Below the pieces are notes generated by a model. That model was not told the origin of the DNA, ran no database searches, and saw nothing but the letters and a program-made list of their open reading frames with translations. DNA of 64,000 bases from Tubulanus polymorphus (lineage: Eukaryota > Animalia > Nemertea), in the NCBI RefSeq assembly GCF_964204645.1, contig NC_134031.1:7130001-7194000 (forward strand). The letters are read 5' to 3'. Of the stretch, positions 1 to 11,799 are shown piece by piece. Every line of letters starts with the position of its first letter. The first letter of the stretch is position 1. The position numbers and the translations under genes were made by a program.

Positions 1-1613
1 CGGCTTCGCTTGCAGGTCCTAGGTGGCGCAGTGCCGTTCTTACTAACAAATCTAAAGCCATATCATCGTTTAAATCTTCCATATTCATATCCGACACTTC
101 GCGAACACTTTGTCGATTCACCGAGCTGTCCTCGACAATGCCAACATCAGCAGCAGTCGAGCTGGTCGAATACTGATTGTCACTGACAACAACATCCTCC
201 GATCTTGATTTGGTTGTTTTTCTCAAAGATCTCGGTCCGAAACTTTTCAACCTGAAAAACCGAATAACGAAGCTGTCGACGCTAACTTCTCGAATTTGAA
301 AAGATCTTTCGATCAGAATGAATATCATACAAACCTTTTAATATCGAGTTGTTGATTTTCACAGTAGAGAATCAGTAAACTGATGAGAAATGCCGAAGTT
401 CTGAGACTTGAATGATTCTGCAGTTTATAAAACCAATATTTTAGATCGGTTGAAACTTGTAAACATATGAATTCGTCGTCGGTGTTTTGTTGCTGTCTGC
501 TGGTGTCCATATCTATGAATAAAACAAAGTTATCTGAATAACTCGACGTCAGGGTTCCTACAGATCATTCATTCCTGACTATATAAGGAGTTTTCAAGGA
601 GTTTTAAAGGAAAAAGTTTCAAATTTTGAGGAAGTATCTGCATTGCCTTCATATCATAATAACAGTAAACTTGTACTGTTTATCTTGGTAAACCGTTAAT
701 TCGGTGGTTTTGTAAGCGAACTTTTATCGTACACTACCTAGCACGGATTTATAATTTGGTAACCACCTAATCGGGTAAAAAGAAATCCTGGACCCAACTG
801 AACCAATCTGATTTAGGGGTAGTCTACTGTCTGTACAAAACGAACTAGACAAAAATTAATGCAATATCTTGATATTTTCTAGGCCTAATTCTATATTTTG
901 ATTGAAGGTTCGTACCTGAATGTATAGTATGACCATCAGAATTCAATCTTTTCTCAGCAATTTCCAATAACAGCGAAGTAAAAGATATATGCCCTTGATC
1001 TCCATAAGCTCGCTTCAATTTCTCCCATTTCTTTACATTTGATGCACCTGAAAAATCATCATAAAAGTATCATTCTAAATGTTTAAGCGGCTGGTAAGTA
1101 GTTGACTTTTAAGCAAGATTTCAAACAAGCAAAATACTACGGGCCAATATTAAAGAGCAGCTTTCTATGTGTCCAACTTTAAGTATAGTATCTAACTTAT
1201 AACTTCCATATTTCTGATCAGTTTTCTGATTCTTCTCTCTAGGTTAATTCACAACCTATATTAGGCCAACTAACCCTAAACCCAACTCCAATTTGACAAT
1301 CAATTATCAATAATTACCAGTCCAGTTATCATTCAGCAGTGTGCGGAGACTTACCTATGTAAATTCTCGACTTATTTTTTTCATCATCATCGAGTACTGA
1401 TTTTCTGCCAGCACCAGTTCTACGCCCACCTCGACCAGGACCAGCAGCAGCAGCGGCAGCGGCAGCGTCAGTAGTGGTAATGGGATCACTGTCCAAATCA
1501 GCACTCATCACCGAACAAGAAGAACTTGTTGAAGAAGCGCTGGTAGCTTTTTTCAGTGGCTTTTTTGCAGGCAGGCTTTTAATTTTTTTTTTCTTTCTAG
1601 AGATTTTAGCCAT
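1..1613 (-). CDS. 5' part of a spliced nuclear-protein gene (runs off window); RGGRRTGAGRK motif plus ZNF653/ZNF692-type N-terminal motif, probably a zinc-finger-family protein
   Basis: Exons 1355-1613 (ATG at 1613), 916-1047, 335-512 and 1-251 have GT-AG junctions, consistent phases (1,1,2) and no stops. Translation MAKISRKKKK...GPGRGGRRTGAGRKSVLDDDEKNKSRIYIG|ASNVKKWEKLKRAYGDQGHISFTSLLLEIAE... resembles, from memory, the R-(I/V)-x-(L/I)-G...W..L(K/R)...LL motif of ZNF653/ZNF692. No zinc fingers are visible inside the window. Confidence 0.75.
662..830. mobile_element. Degenerate MITE (ACAGTA..AC / GTCTACTGT ends)
   Basis: Imperfect terminal inverted repeats around an intronic insert with repeated ggtaacc/taatcgg motifs. 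Confidence 0.35.
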
Positions 1614-1739
1614 CGTTGACTTATTTTTCAAGATCAGATCATTACTAATCAGAAGAGTTTAATCAAACATGCTCTAGTCTAATAAACGTCAAAACGAGAA
1701 ACAAATTTATTTATTTTGTTTCGCTCACTGACCTTAACT

Positions 1740-2100
1740 GATATCGCTCGTTCGAGAAATTTGTGTCTTTTTAACCGTAAAAGTAGATGGCGCCAGTTAC
1801 GGCAAACGATTTTTCTAGCGCAAGCGCTCAAATCTATCAGATTTTGATGCAGTAAAAGTGACTAAAGATTCATCCCGATAGCTGCTGTATTTTTGTTATT
1901 AACAAGCGTTGAACATTTCTTTCAAAAACAGAGATATAATCAGAAAAGTCACGACCAAAGATTAGGCGCGCGCCATCTTGCGGGTGTTTTTGCACTCCTC
2001 ACCTCGCGTCAGTGTTTTTCGCGGTTGATTCGAAATTATTTTTTTAGGCCTATTCATCATAATCGCAGATTCTTACTTAACACACCGCACTGCTGAGGTA
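1740..2100. promoter_or_regulatory. Bidirectional promoter between the minus-strand gene and the SIX6OS1-like gene
   Basis: Head-to-head arrangement. Likely 5'UTR donors at about 1732 (minus, GTCAGT) and about 2098 (plus, GTATCT). YY1-like AGATGGCG occurs at 1785 (+) and 1971-1978 (-). TTTTCGCGG-ttga-TTCGAA lies at 2016-2034. Confidence 0.6.
2016..2034 (+). promoter_or_regulatory. E2F/CDE-CHR (DREAM/MuvB) composite element
   Basis: TTTTCGCGG (2016-2024), a 4-nt spacer, then TTCGAA (2029-2034; TTYGAA CHR/LIN54 motif). This is the canonical spacing. Confidence 0.55.
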
Positions 2101-2385
2101 TCTCAGCTCCAGAGAAATGAACTAACTAATTGGTTAAAACTCAGTACCGGTACAACCGCGATGACGGCGACGACGTGTGGTTTGCCTATCGTCCCGTCCG
2201 TCGGCATCGCTGGACAGTGGACTCGTACCAAAAATAGGCTAATTTTGGGCCAACGATCTTGGAAGCACGGTATTTTAGGCCTACTCCCTTATTCCCTTAT
2301 TGACCTCTTTTGATCGAAGATGCCGATTTAATGAGCCGAACAGATACAGAAGTCAGAACTTAGACGATATATAGTTTTGAAATTT

Positions 2386-2697
2386 CAGGGGCGGACCCAG
2401 GCCCCAGGGAGCCCATGCTGGAAAAAGAGAGTTCATGTCAAATCATGAAAAGGGTGGCATGCCTTATCCGAATCGTGGTTTGTGTCCTCGCGCGAGCACC
2501 GAAGGTGTGGCTTTGCCTGTAGTGTAAGGGGGTGCGGGGGTCCTGCCCCAGAGAATTTTCCATGCTTTAAGCAGTAGATAGAGGCCTACTGTTGACTTTC
2601 GGCATGTCGATTTCGGAATTCTTCGTCTGTGTGGTTTTCGAAAGAGCACTTTCCCATAAAAAAGGGGCGTTCGAACCCCCACCCTCGTCCGCCCCTG
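2386..2697. mobile_element. MITE with CAGGGGCGGA terminal inverted repeats (hAT-like)
   Basis: CAGGGGCGGAC ... GTCCGCCCCTG; related termini at 9090, 9761, 17363 and 56936. No clear target-site duplication. Confidence 0.7.
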
Positions 2698-2747
2698 GTT
2701 TTAATCTGGCTAATGATTTCATATTTCAGAGTTAGACGAAATTTTCG

Positions 2748-5700
2748 ATGGATTCCACATCGCAAGCAACGCCGACGGCAAATGCTGCGTCAGATCTGGA
2801 TAAGATAATAAAAAATCTGGGTATCTTCATCATTTTTAGATATCAAATACAAGTGATATATGATTATAGGCCTAAAATGACATTTGTATAGCTACTGGGT
2901 GTAGCCTATAGTAATTCCGCGTCCTTAATACATTTTAGAGTTCGAAAATCAACAATATGTCAAAACACTTGAACAAGAGAGTCAACATATTGAAGGTACA
3001 TTGATAACAAATTTGATTTATCTTTGTCCCTCTCAGTTTAGCTGCGACTTGATCAATGAATTTATTTTTTTTGTAGCATTGGAAAAGTCAATCGAAGATA
3101 AAAAACAGAAGACGCAAGAAATCTTACGTTCGACGAGTCAACTGGACGAGGACACAAAACGCTATCATAAACTTTTCACTGACCTCAGAGATAATCTAGA
3201 CAGGTGACATAAACGATACGAAATTTCGTTCGTTTTCATTTCGTTCCTTGCGAAAACACATGTAGGCATCGTTTACCATGTTTACCACGTAACCATACCA
3301 TATTTTTGACGAAATAGATTAAGTAAATTCGCCGCAGCAACTTAAAGAACAGAACCTGTCAAAAATCGGAAACTGGCCGCGGCAATCAAAAACAGCCTGG
3401 GACGCAGCCTGGGACGTTCTTTCGCAATTATAGGCCTCTTTGCGAATTATCGTTATCCAGTGGAATTTCTAAAATGCGTACAAAAAAACCATTCGGAAAA
3501 AAATGAAATTCAAACATTTGTTAATATAAACTAATTTACTAAAAACGTAGATATTGTTCGGGTGGTTATACATGTACTACAGTCGATAAAATGATAGGCC
3601 CCTACGAAAAAACAAGCATTTTAAGACAGAATAGATTAGCGATAACAAGTTAAATCTACCGGTGTTGTTTTAGCTCAGAACTTCAATCTATTCGATTCAA
3701 TCAACGTGAATATTGTAGGCCTTAGAATTTCAGCATAGGTCTAGCATTTTAGCAGTTTCGAGACTATCGATTCATTCTAGTAGTCATCTTCAAAGATACC
3801 TCTTCATTTTTAGTAGATTGTTTCAGTCAATATACACTTGCAGGAGCTTTATCTTTTATACACGTACGTCACTATTTTATGTGTATCTAAGGAAGATTGT
3901 ATCGTTAAATCAAATTTTGAACTTTTGTCGCATTTTCAGTATGAAGAGTACGTCGAGTTTATTGGCCGAACACGACGAAGCGATGCGACGTAAATTGGAA
4001 CAAGTTCGTCTGGATCGTGAACACGACGAGTGAGTTGCATTTGAGGATTTTCCCTCGGACGGCAGCTTCAGCTTGTGCACACTAATTCCTAGGATGCGGG
4101 GTCAAACTAATGCGAAAAATGTGAACAACTGTGAACAATGAATGTCTGCTTAGAAGATTGAAATGTGAAATCTGTGAAATTCATGAAAATGTGTATAAAA
4201 AATTTTATGACCCTTTTATGCCATATACAATGGAGGGAACTTGTACACAAGCTGTGTTAGAGTTTAAGAAATTTCAGTTCAATCTGACTGTCCGAATTGT
4301 CAGTAAACAATGTCATAATTAGAAAATGAAAGTGAAAAAAAGTGAAAAACCTGCAAAATTACGTATGTGCAAAAAATCCGAAAAATCTTGGGATTTTCCT
4401 ACTGTGAAAAATGTAAATAGCCAATTGTTAAGGGCACGGGAAAATTGCGACCACTTGCACCTTGTTCCCCTGCCTGGATTCACCCCTGAACGAAATCTGG
4501 AATTTCCTTATCATAATGCAGGCCTATATCGTCAGGATATTTTTTTTCAGACGCGAATTTATGACGACAATGCAACATTACGAAGAGCTCTGGCAGGATT
4601 ATAAACGCAAGTACGAAACGTTCCCGCTAGCTCAGACTTTACAGAAAAAACGGCAAGAGCTGCAATGCAAGGAAAGACGTTCGCGGGAACAACGAGCGAA
4701 ATGTGAGGAGTTGAATCAAGCTATCGAAGAACTTCGGTCGCACAGAAGTGAGCACTATACCTCAATATAAAACAAATAGGAAATTGCGAGAACATCTGAA
4801 CAAATTGATACCTTGTTTCTCACTTCTGCTGGTGCCTAAAGATTGGCCGCCTATCAATCTACCCTGTGCATTACTTTTCAATCTAGTTAACCATAACGGA
4901 CCGACTGCTATGGAAATGAAATGATTATAGATTTTATTGTAGTTTACAAAAGAGACCGATCTGGCCGATTAGGAGACACAAGGTATCATTTTTGTCTAGC
5001 CTTAACTCTATTTCACGTCGAATTTTCTTTTTTTCTTTGTTGCAGAAGAAAATGAACCTCCGTTTGAGAATTTCAAGGATTTCGTTGTCAAAATGTATGT
5101 TTTTATAGCTTTATTCTCTCCTCGTATCTATTCGGCAAAATAGATGACCTTCTTATTTTCGTCGATTGATCGTTACTTTCCTTGTTTGTTGAATACAGAG
5201 CAGAAGTTAAATTAAGCTCGTCGAAAATGGAAGAAACGTTGAAACTCGATCACAATGAATACGCGCGTTTAGAACAAGAAATTCAACGTCGCCAGGAAGA
5301 GAACAGGCGCAGACAACAGGTATATTTTGAATTCTAATTCATTTCAATTTCATCTTTATATTCTACAAGAATTACAAATATTTATAAATAATTATGCAGT
5401 TTATAAAGCATAAATTGATTGGGACTGAAATAAAGGAAACAAACTGATAATACATGTAGTTACAACTTTTCATTCAATGGCACAATAAAGAAAAAAGAGA
5501 ATAGAACAGAATTATGTATAGCCACCAATTGGCTAGACCCGATATATTTATGACGTAGTGCACACGTAGACATCCTTTCAAATATAATCATTAAAATTTA
5601 TCATAAATAAGATAAGAGTTATGAAATAGGCCTATAACTAATTACAAAATAAATGCCAAAATTCACAATTGTAATTGTTGTTATTTTGAAACGCCAATTT

Positions 5701-8700
5701 TGATGACGTAGTGCACACCGACTCACACAGAACCAATTAAACAACACATGCTAGGTATCAATGTACATGAAAATTATTGTAACGGTTTTTTCGGCGTCAC
5801 AAAAGTGTATAATAAATAGAAATTTGAAGGTTACACAAAACTCAATTAAGTAAGAGATGATGAAAGTGTATATTATATGTGACCTAAAAAAACAAGAGAT
5901 TACATGTATACAATTACAAGTAACGAAATGGATTTAAAATGATACATATGTCGATTAACAGATTGTACCCAAAAATAAGAAAATAACATAAAACCTCACT
6001 ATTGAATATTACGACGTGTATCTTATATTAGGAATACGAAGAACGATTGAACAAAGAACGAAAACGAATGGAAGCCGAGAGAGATAGGCAGGCAGAGTTG
6101 GAGAGAGAGGAGGCGGAACGCCAGAGACTTGCTGACCAAGAGAGGCAACGACAAGCGGCTGAAAGGGTCGAGGCAGAAAAGAAGTTCAAGGCAGCTGAAC
6201 AAGAAAGATTGGAAGCCGAGACACGAAGAGCAGCCGAAGTGGAAAGAATGGAAGCAGCTGAGAAAAGAAGACTTGCCGAATTTGAGAGGTCCGAAGCTGG
6301 AAAACGTAACGACCATTTCAAGCCATTTACAGTTGACAAAAGTAAACAATCCGATTGGAACCGACAACATCAAGAATTCAGATGCGACCTTGAAAATCAA
6401 CTTCATCAGATAAAAACACCGCGTCTCGGGTGAATATATGGTGGTTGATTCGGGCCATTTTTAAAAATGTTTCTGAACTGCTAGAGGCCCAGTAAAATGT
6501 TTCTACATTGGCCCATTGGTTGTTTTCTTGCGCAAGAAAATAAAAAAATGGGTTGGTGTAAAATGTTTTCATCTTGTCGTACGGAAAAAAATTTCACTTA
6601 TGGCCCGAATTGAAATTTTGCATGTTCTTTCTCTAAATCTGGTATTGTTGAACGCAGAATATCGGAAACTATATTTTCAGAAACCAGGTGGCAGCATTAC
6701 AGTTACCTGTTATTGGCCAATCACCGGCCTCTGGATTGGCTTCGGACAAGCATCGGATCAATTTGGAAACATTGAAGGTATCGGCATTTATTTGCGAAAT
6801 CATTTTTCATACATTAAAACATGATTACCTCGTTTCTCCTAATCGGCCGGTCCATTTTGTAAACCGCAATGAAATTTGTTATCAGTTCATTTCCGTGGCA
6901 TTCTAATGTGTACAGACAAGCTGGCGACATTTAAGCTCTGCAGAAAGGAGAAACAAGGTATCAGTTCTTTTAGACCTTCAGTGAAATTGATTTTGGGCAT
7001 ATGAAGATATGGCTTAACTGCTTCGATTGGGTCAGTATAGCCTTATCTATATATCCGCAGATTTGTATCTTCATCATTTCGGACATCGTCAATATATACC
7101 ATAATAAGAAATGACCATTGATGAACATATTTTACCGTCACCCGGCTTCTTATGAAAAAATGGAAATTTCTTCTTAGCCTGCCGACCGACCGGATTTGAT
7201 GTTTCTAGTTTCTTTTGCCAATTGATTGGACCACATTTTTCACTGATTCTAATGAGTCAGCCGGTCATGTATGTCATGAGATCCAAGGTATATTTCTTAG
7301 CCTGCCTTTCCTTGACTAGGTTCGATCCGTCGAAAGTCGACTAGACAATAGATTGAAGCGACTGCGAGACAATTTCCTTCCATAAGCGAAGCAATATTAT
7401 GCACGCGAATTTCCGCTCTTATGTTCCAGCTTCTAATTCCACCAAGAATTTCATCGCCCAAACCGTCGTCACAACCTCAATCTATGGGTACAGAAATGAA
7501 TAAACCATCGCGGCAACCACCAATGTTTGATTTGCCGGCTACATTTGGCCGACAACGACAACAACGGGAAGAAAATACGGTAGCGCCCTCTATACCAAAT
7601 ACCTCTACCGGTAAGTGAAGTTTTATGCGGAATTTGACACAAATGTTGTTTGGGGATCTGCCCCGTCGTTGATGTCAAATGTAATTACGCTTAAATAACC
7701 TTCAAACGCACTGTCGTTTAAGGACCGTTGACTACTACCGGCACTAGATCTAAAACGCCTGAACCGAACACAACAGATTCGGAGCCTAAAACCCCAACTT
7801 CAGGTACTTCCACTGTTGAAAAATGATTGGCAGTATTTCTACTCATCATATTGGTTGAAACGTTCGTGGTTTTTGACGTTATATATTCCTAGGGGTCACT
7901 CTGGCCGACAACTGCAGTAAGAGTCCTTTTGACTTTTTCAAACACCTTGACGCAATGAAAGAGCTGGCCGCGAAGTCACCCGGGCTCGTCATACCAAACA
8001 AACCGACAGGCGACGACCTTTCCGAACATAATACACAGGTACGGTACGCCGGTGTCATAGAATGAACTCTTACCCCTTATTCATACCCCATACAATTGAA
8101 TAGATCTCAGAATTACTGGTTAGGGTTCGGGTCAGCAGTCCCATTACCATTATGACTCCACTTATTCCCACAATCTATTGCGGGGGCATCTGATTCTATG
8201 ACACCAGTATTTCCGAGTGATACTCCGTTAATACAGTCCACATTGCCTGGAATTTTCTTAGTAAAATACGCAAAGCTCTGTTCAAATTTTCAGGGAAGCA
8301 AAACACCGGAAATGACGTCGAATTTTTTCTCAGCGTTTTTCGGCGCCGGTGACTCTACTGATACGAATGACGTTTTTCAAACACAAGGTGATTACAATCC
8401 GTTCAAATGTCAAATCGGTTGATGGCATATGTTCCTCGATGAGTTCTGGAATATATTCATTTAATGAACCATCGTTTACTTACAGCGTGTTTATCTACTA
8501 TAGAAATGAATAGGAGATTGTAAAAATTTACATCGTATTACCGGGAGTTTCGTATTAACGTGATCGTACTAAACAAACGTGTTCATAGCTAAAATGCTAT
8601 GTATAAGAGAAGCCGGGAATTCTTAAATTTTATCCGAGGTTTTCGTTGTAAACCGAATCGTACTTACGAGGTTCGACTGTATGAAGTCCGACGACTTTTG

Positions 8701-9701
8701 CCCTTCTGCATCTCACACACCGTTAACGCTTTGGAAATCTGTTTCATTCCACCGTCCAGGTTGTATCGGCCTGGCCCGCCGCCTTTTTCGGACATTCACA
8801 ATTCGTTGTGCGAAATCTGACCGATCACACTTTTTGAAAGCGTTCTGGCGTTTGAATTGCATTCGCTGGCGGCTCGTTTTCGAATAGAAAACGTCTCGGG
8901 TGAAGTTCTGAACCCGTGTAAAGCTTGACGAAAATAAATTCGAAGACGGCGATCAAGAATACGATATGATTTTTATTCTAATCTTATGCATTTTAAAATA
9001 CATGTATTAGCTTTAATCGTCGTTAGTATTCACATACGAATTAAAAGGCAATGACATTCACAGATGAGGCACAAAGTTCTGTTCTTAGTCAGGGGCGGAT
9101 CCAGGGGCTGTGAGACTTGAACAAGTGCATCAAACTTTTTCGGTGCCTTTTACACTTTTTGAACGAAGATAATTAGCACATTTCAGTGCGGGAGTAAAAC
9201 CTATAGAATTGTCTTTTTGGACATCGAAGTGCTCTTTTGGGATGTGACAAATCCTTCAAAATTGGCCCCGGATATGCCCGAGTTTAGAATTATAAGGATG
9301 ACGATTGCTTATTGCCGAAAGGTTTTCCAAAAATTTACGGATCTCTATCTATACTGTATGGACCTTTGTTTTATTGGCCCATATTGTCCAGCCTCGAGTG
9401 CTCGTCTCGGCATGCTCTAGATTGTTAAAACATATCATGATATCGTTTTTCAGGTGAGAATATTTTCGGTAAATCAGGCTTCGGCGATAGTTCGGTGAAA
9501 TCTCCGGAGATCGGCGGATTTTGCGGATTCGGTGCCGCGACCGATACCGACGAGGAAGTCGGCGCTCTGTCGTCGATATTCGGCCCAGCTAACGATAATG
9601 CGGACGACGCGGACGCCGGCGTCGACGACAACTTCTGTTTCAATTTCGGTTCCAGTTGCAAAAGTCCGGAAGTTGGTAGCGCTTTCGGCAGTTTGTTTTA
9701 G
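2748..9701 (+). CDS. SIX6OS1: SIX6OS1/C14orf39-like synaptonemal complex central element protein (about 666 aa; N-terminal coiled coil, charged helical insert, Phe-rich disordered C-terminus)
   Basis: Exons 2748-2820, 2939-2995, 3077-3203, 3940-4029, 4551-4747, 5046-5094, 5199-5319, 6032-6429, 6681-6777, 6916-6957, 7430-7610, 7723-7803, 7893-8038, 8294-8387, 9454-9701. All are GT-AG and phase-consistent; total 2001 nt, no internal stops. Collinear similarity to human SIX6OS1 as recalled: DLDKIIKNL/SLDRLLLEF, SMKSTSSLLAEHDEAM/NWKPTCDVFRKHEDYM, HYEELWQDYKRKYETFPLAQTLQKKRQE/QYKEVLKQYQLKYSETPFSREYYEKKRE, PPFENFKDFVVKI/APFPSLTKWTLNI, KSPGL/RSPGL, DDNFCFNFG/DDFSFPFSFG. The gene structure is more certain than the name. 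Confidence 0.75.
8049..8207. mobile_element. MITE with GGTGTCATAGAAT terminal inverted repeats
   Basis: ccGGTGTCATAGAAT ... ATTCTATGACACCag; internal ggttagggtt motif. Confidence 0.6.
8481..8681. mobile_element. Degenerate pogo/Tigger-type MITE
   Basis: Right end CGAGGTTCGACTGTA (reverse of TACAGTCGAACCTCG), TA-flanked; internal cgtatta/cgtact repeats. The left end is decayed. Confidence 0.45.
9090..9281. mobile_element. CAGGGGCGGATCCAGG MITE, decayed right end
   Basis: Left CAGGGGCGGATCCAGGGG; right ccccggatatgcccg. Confidence 0.5.
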
Positions 9702-9760
9702 TTTTCACTCTTCGGTTAACGATTAAGATTTACTATCCTGTTATTGTTGATCATTCATCG

Positions 9761-10021
9761 CAGGGGCAGATCCAGGGGAGGGTGCAGGCGGTGCTACCCC
9801 CTGAAATAATTTCAAGTTGCCCACGAAATTTTACGGTAAAATGATAAAATGTTGAACTGATTCTTAAGAAAGTCTAAATTCATAAGCACGTTCTCTGTAT
9901 TTTCAAAAATGAATAAATGTTTCCCGATGAGCTTTCTTCCGGGATGCCCTTGTAACTATATGATGTGCCCGATTTTTGGGGTGCATACCCTCCCTCAGAA
10001 TCATACCCTAGATAGCCCCTG
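9761..10021. mobile_element. CAGGGGC.GATCCAGG MITE in the SIX6OS1-like 3'UTR
   Basis: CAGGGGCAGATCCAGGG ... CCCTAGATAGCCCCTG. Confidence 0.65.
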
Positions 10022-11799
10022 ATAGCCATTTATATGTTATATCAATATATTATATAATATATTATATTGGCAACGCGTGTGATAGTTTATCCACGAGGTA
10101 CTCTTAAAGTAAACGGCGAAGTTTATATTTCTTTCTAGTAGTAATTTCGAATTTGTATTTCATTGTTATTTTCTGAACATTGTTAGGTTTATTACATATG
10201 GACAATATAAAATAGTAACCATTTTGTTAGTTATTTCAAAAAATACATGCAATATTTGATACAAAAGACCGGCGTTTTTGGCTTTCCTCATTTTTTCGCA
10301 TCTTTTACTCGACTTTTTACCATTTCTTCTTGGTTATGGAGACAATCCTGTGTTAAGACGAGCGCCTGAAACCATTAGCCTGCAGAAATCCGCGCCCGCA
10401 GTTCTTTATGAAACCCTCCCCGGGCGTTATGACGCGTACCACAAAATACTGAACAATACGAGATGCGGTCGTGTGTTCCCGACTGGTGCAGTGTGTCTCT
10501 TAGCGGGAACAGGTTGACGCTCATGGCAGGACGTCATTCTATCCTGCAGCAAACCGCAGGCTATTCATCGCTTACGGTGTGAAATCCAACAATTGTAGAT
10601 AGACATGGAGCTTTTTTCTACGTCCTCTTATCATCGGAGCACTCCCGATTACGGGGTCATTCTTTTGGAACTTAGGCATCTGTTTTGATTACTTGGAGTA
10701 CGGATTTTGTCAAGAAAAAATTCGGAGGGCGAAGGGAAAGAATAGAAATTTGAAAAATGTTTTTTTTTACAATAGGCGTTTTAAAATGGAAGGGAACAGG
10801 GAAAAACTGAAAATAAAGATGGGAAATGGGAGAAACGAAAAATGAATAAAATAACTTGTTTGCAAATCACGAGATTCAAAATTAAGGTGAACATAACGTT
10901 TACAAGCTACTGGATTGAAAATGAAGACGGACATAACCAATTCTTTTTAAAATTGTTATGAAAACACGAAAATGGACTAGGCCTCATAGGCCTACTTTCG
11001 TATTTTATTGGCTCAATTGCAACTACGAAATTTTGATATATTTCGACTGCTTTACCTGCACCCAATAACCTTCGCGTTTTAGATTGATTTTACGATCGTC
11101 TGTCGCTTCTTGGTTCTCGCGTTGATGGCCGGTTTCACATATTGCATGTATAAAATTTAGGTTTTATACCGTCGCAGGATAACCAGTTCAACATTATGGG
11201 ATCCAATCATATAAAGTTCCTTTCGTTTTAGTGCCCTTGGTTCAATTCGGGGAATCAAATCAATCCGCAAGTTTGATTAACTTCGAAACCAATTCCCATA
11301 CGTTAGATTTGAATACCCTAGTTCTACCGTCTTGGGTGTAATCCGAACACGGGACCCGTGTCATGAATGCCGTTGCGGAATCTAGCTTCACTATTTACCT
11401 TTGTGTCCCATCTTAAATTTGCAACCCCCATAGAGGCTGAGAGCCTGGTTCCATACGAGCCGCGTCCTTTTTCAGGCGAACTATTTCCTTTCCTCGATTT
11501 TTTCCACATCAAAACAATGACATCAAAAGTCAAAAGTCGGGGCGGTAGATTCGACGGAGAGTGATAATAAGTTCAATGAACCAGTATCACAGTTGGACCA
11601 GATGGCAGTTGAACCATTCTTCAACAACTGATGGAGAGAGTACCTTTAATCAACGATCTCCACAATTTTCTTTGTAAAATAGTTTTCTCTTCGCGGGGGT
11701 TGTAGTTCCCGCCGTGAAGCGCAGTTCGAAACACCGGATGTTCTCCACAACAACAAAAACGAGACAAAACTTTGATTCGTATTTTCTCTCAAAATACAC

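Noticed and set aside
6023-6406. Minus-strand ORFs of 127 and 103 aa
   Set aside because: Antisense shadows of the repetitive E/R-rich coding exon.
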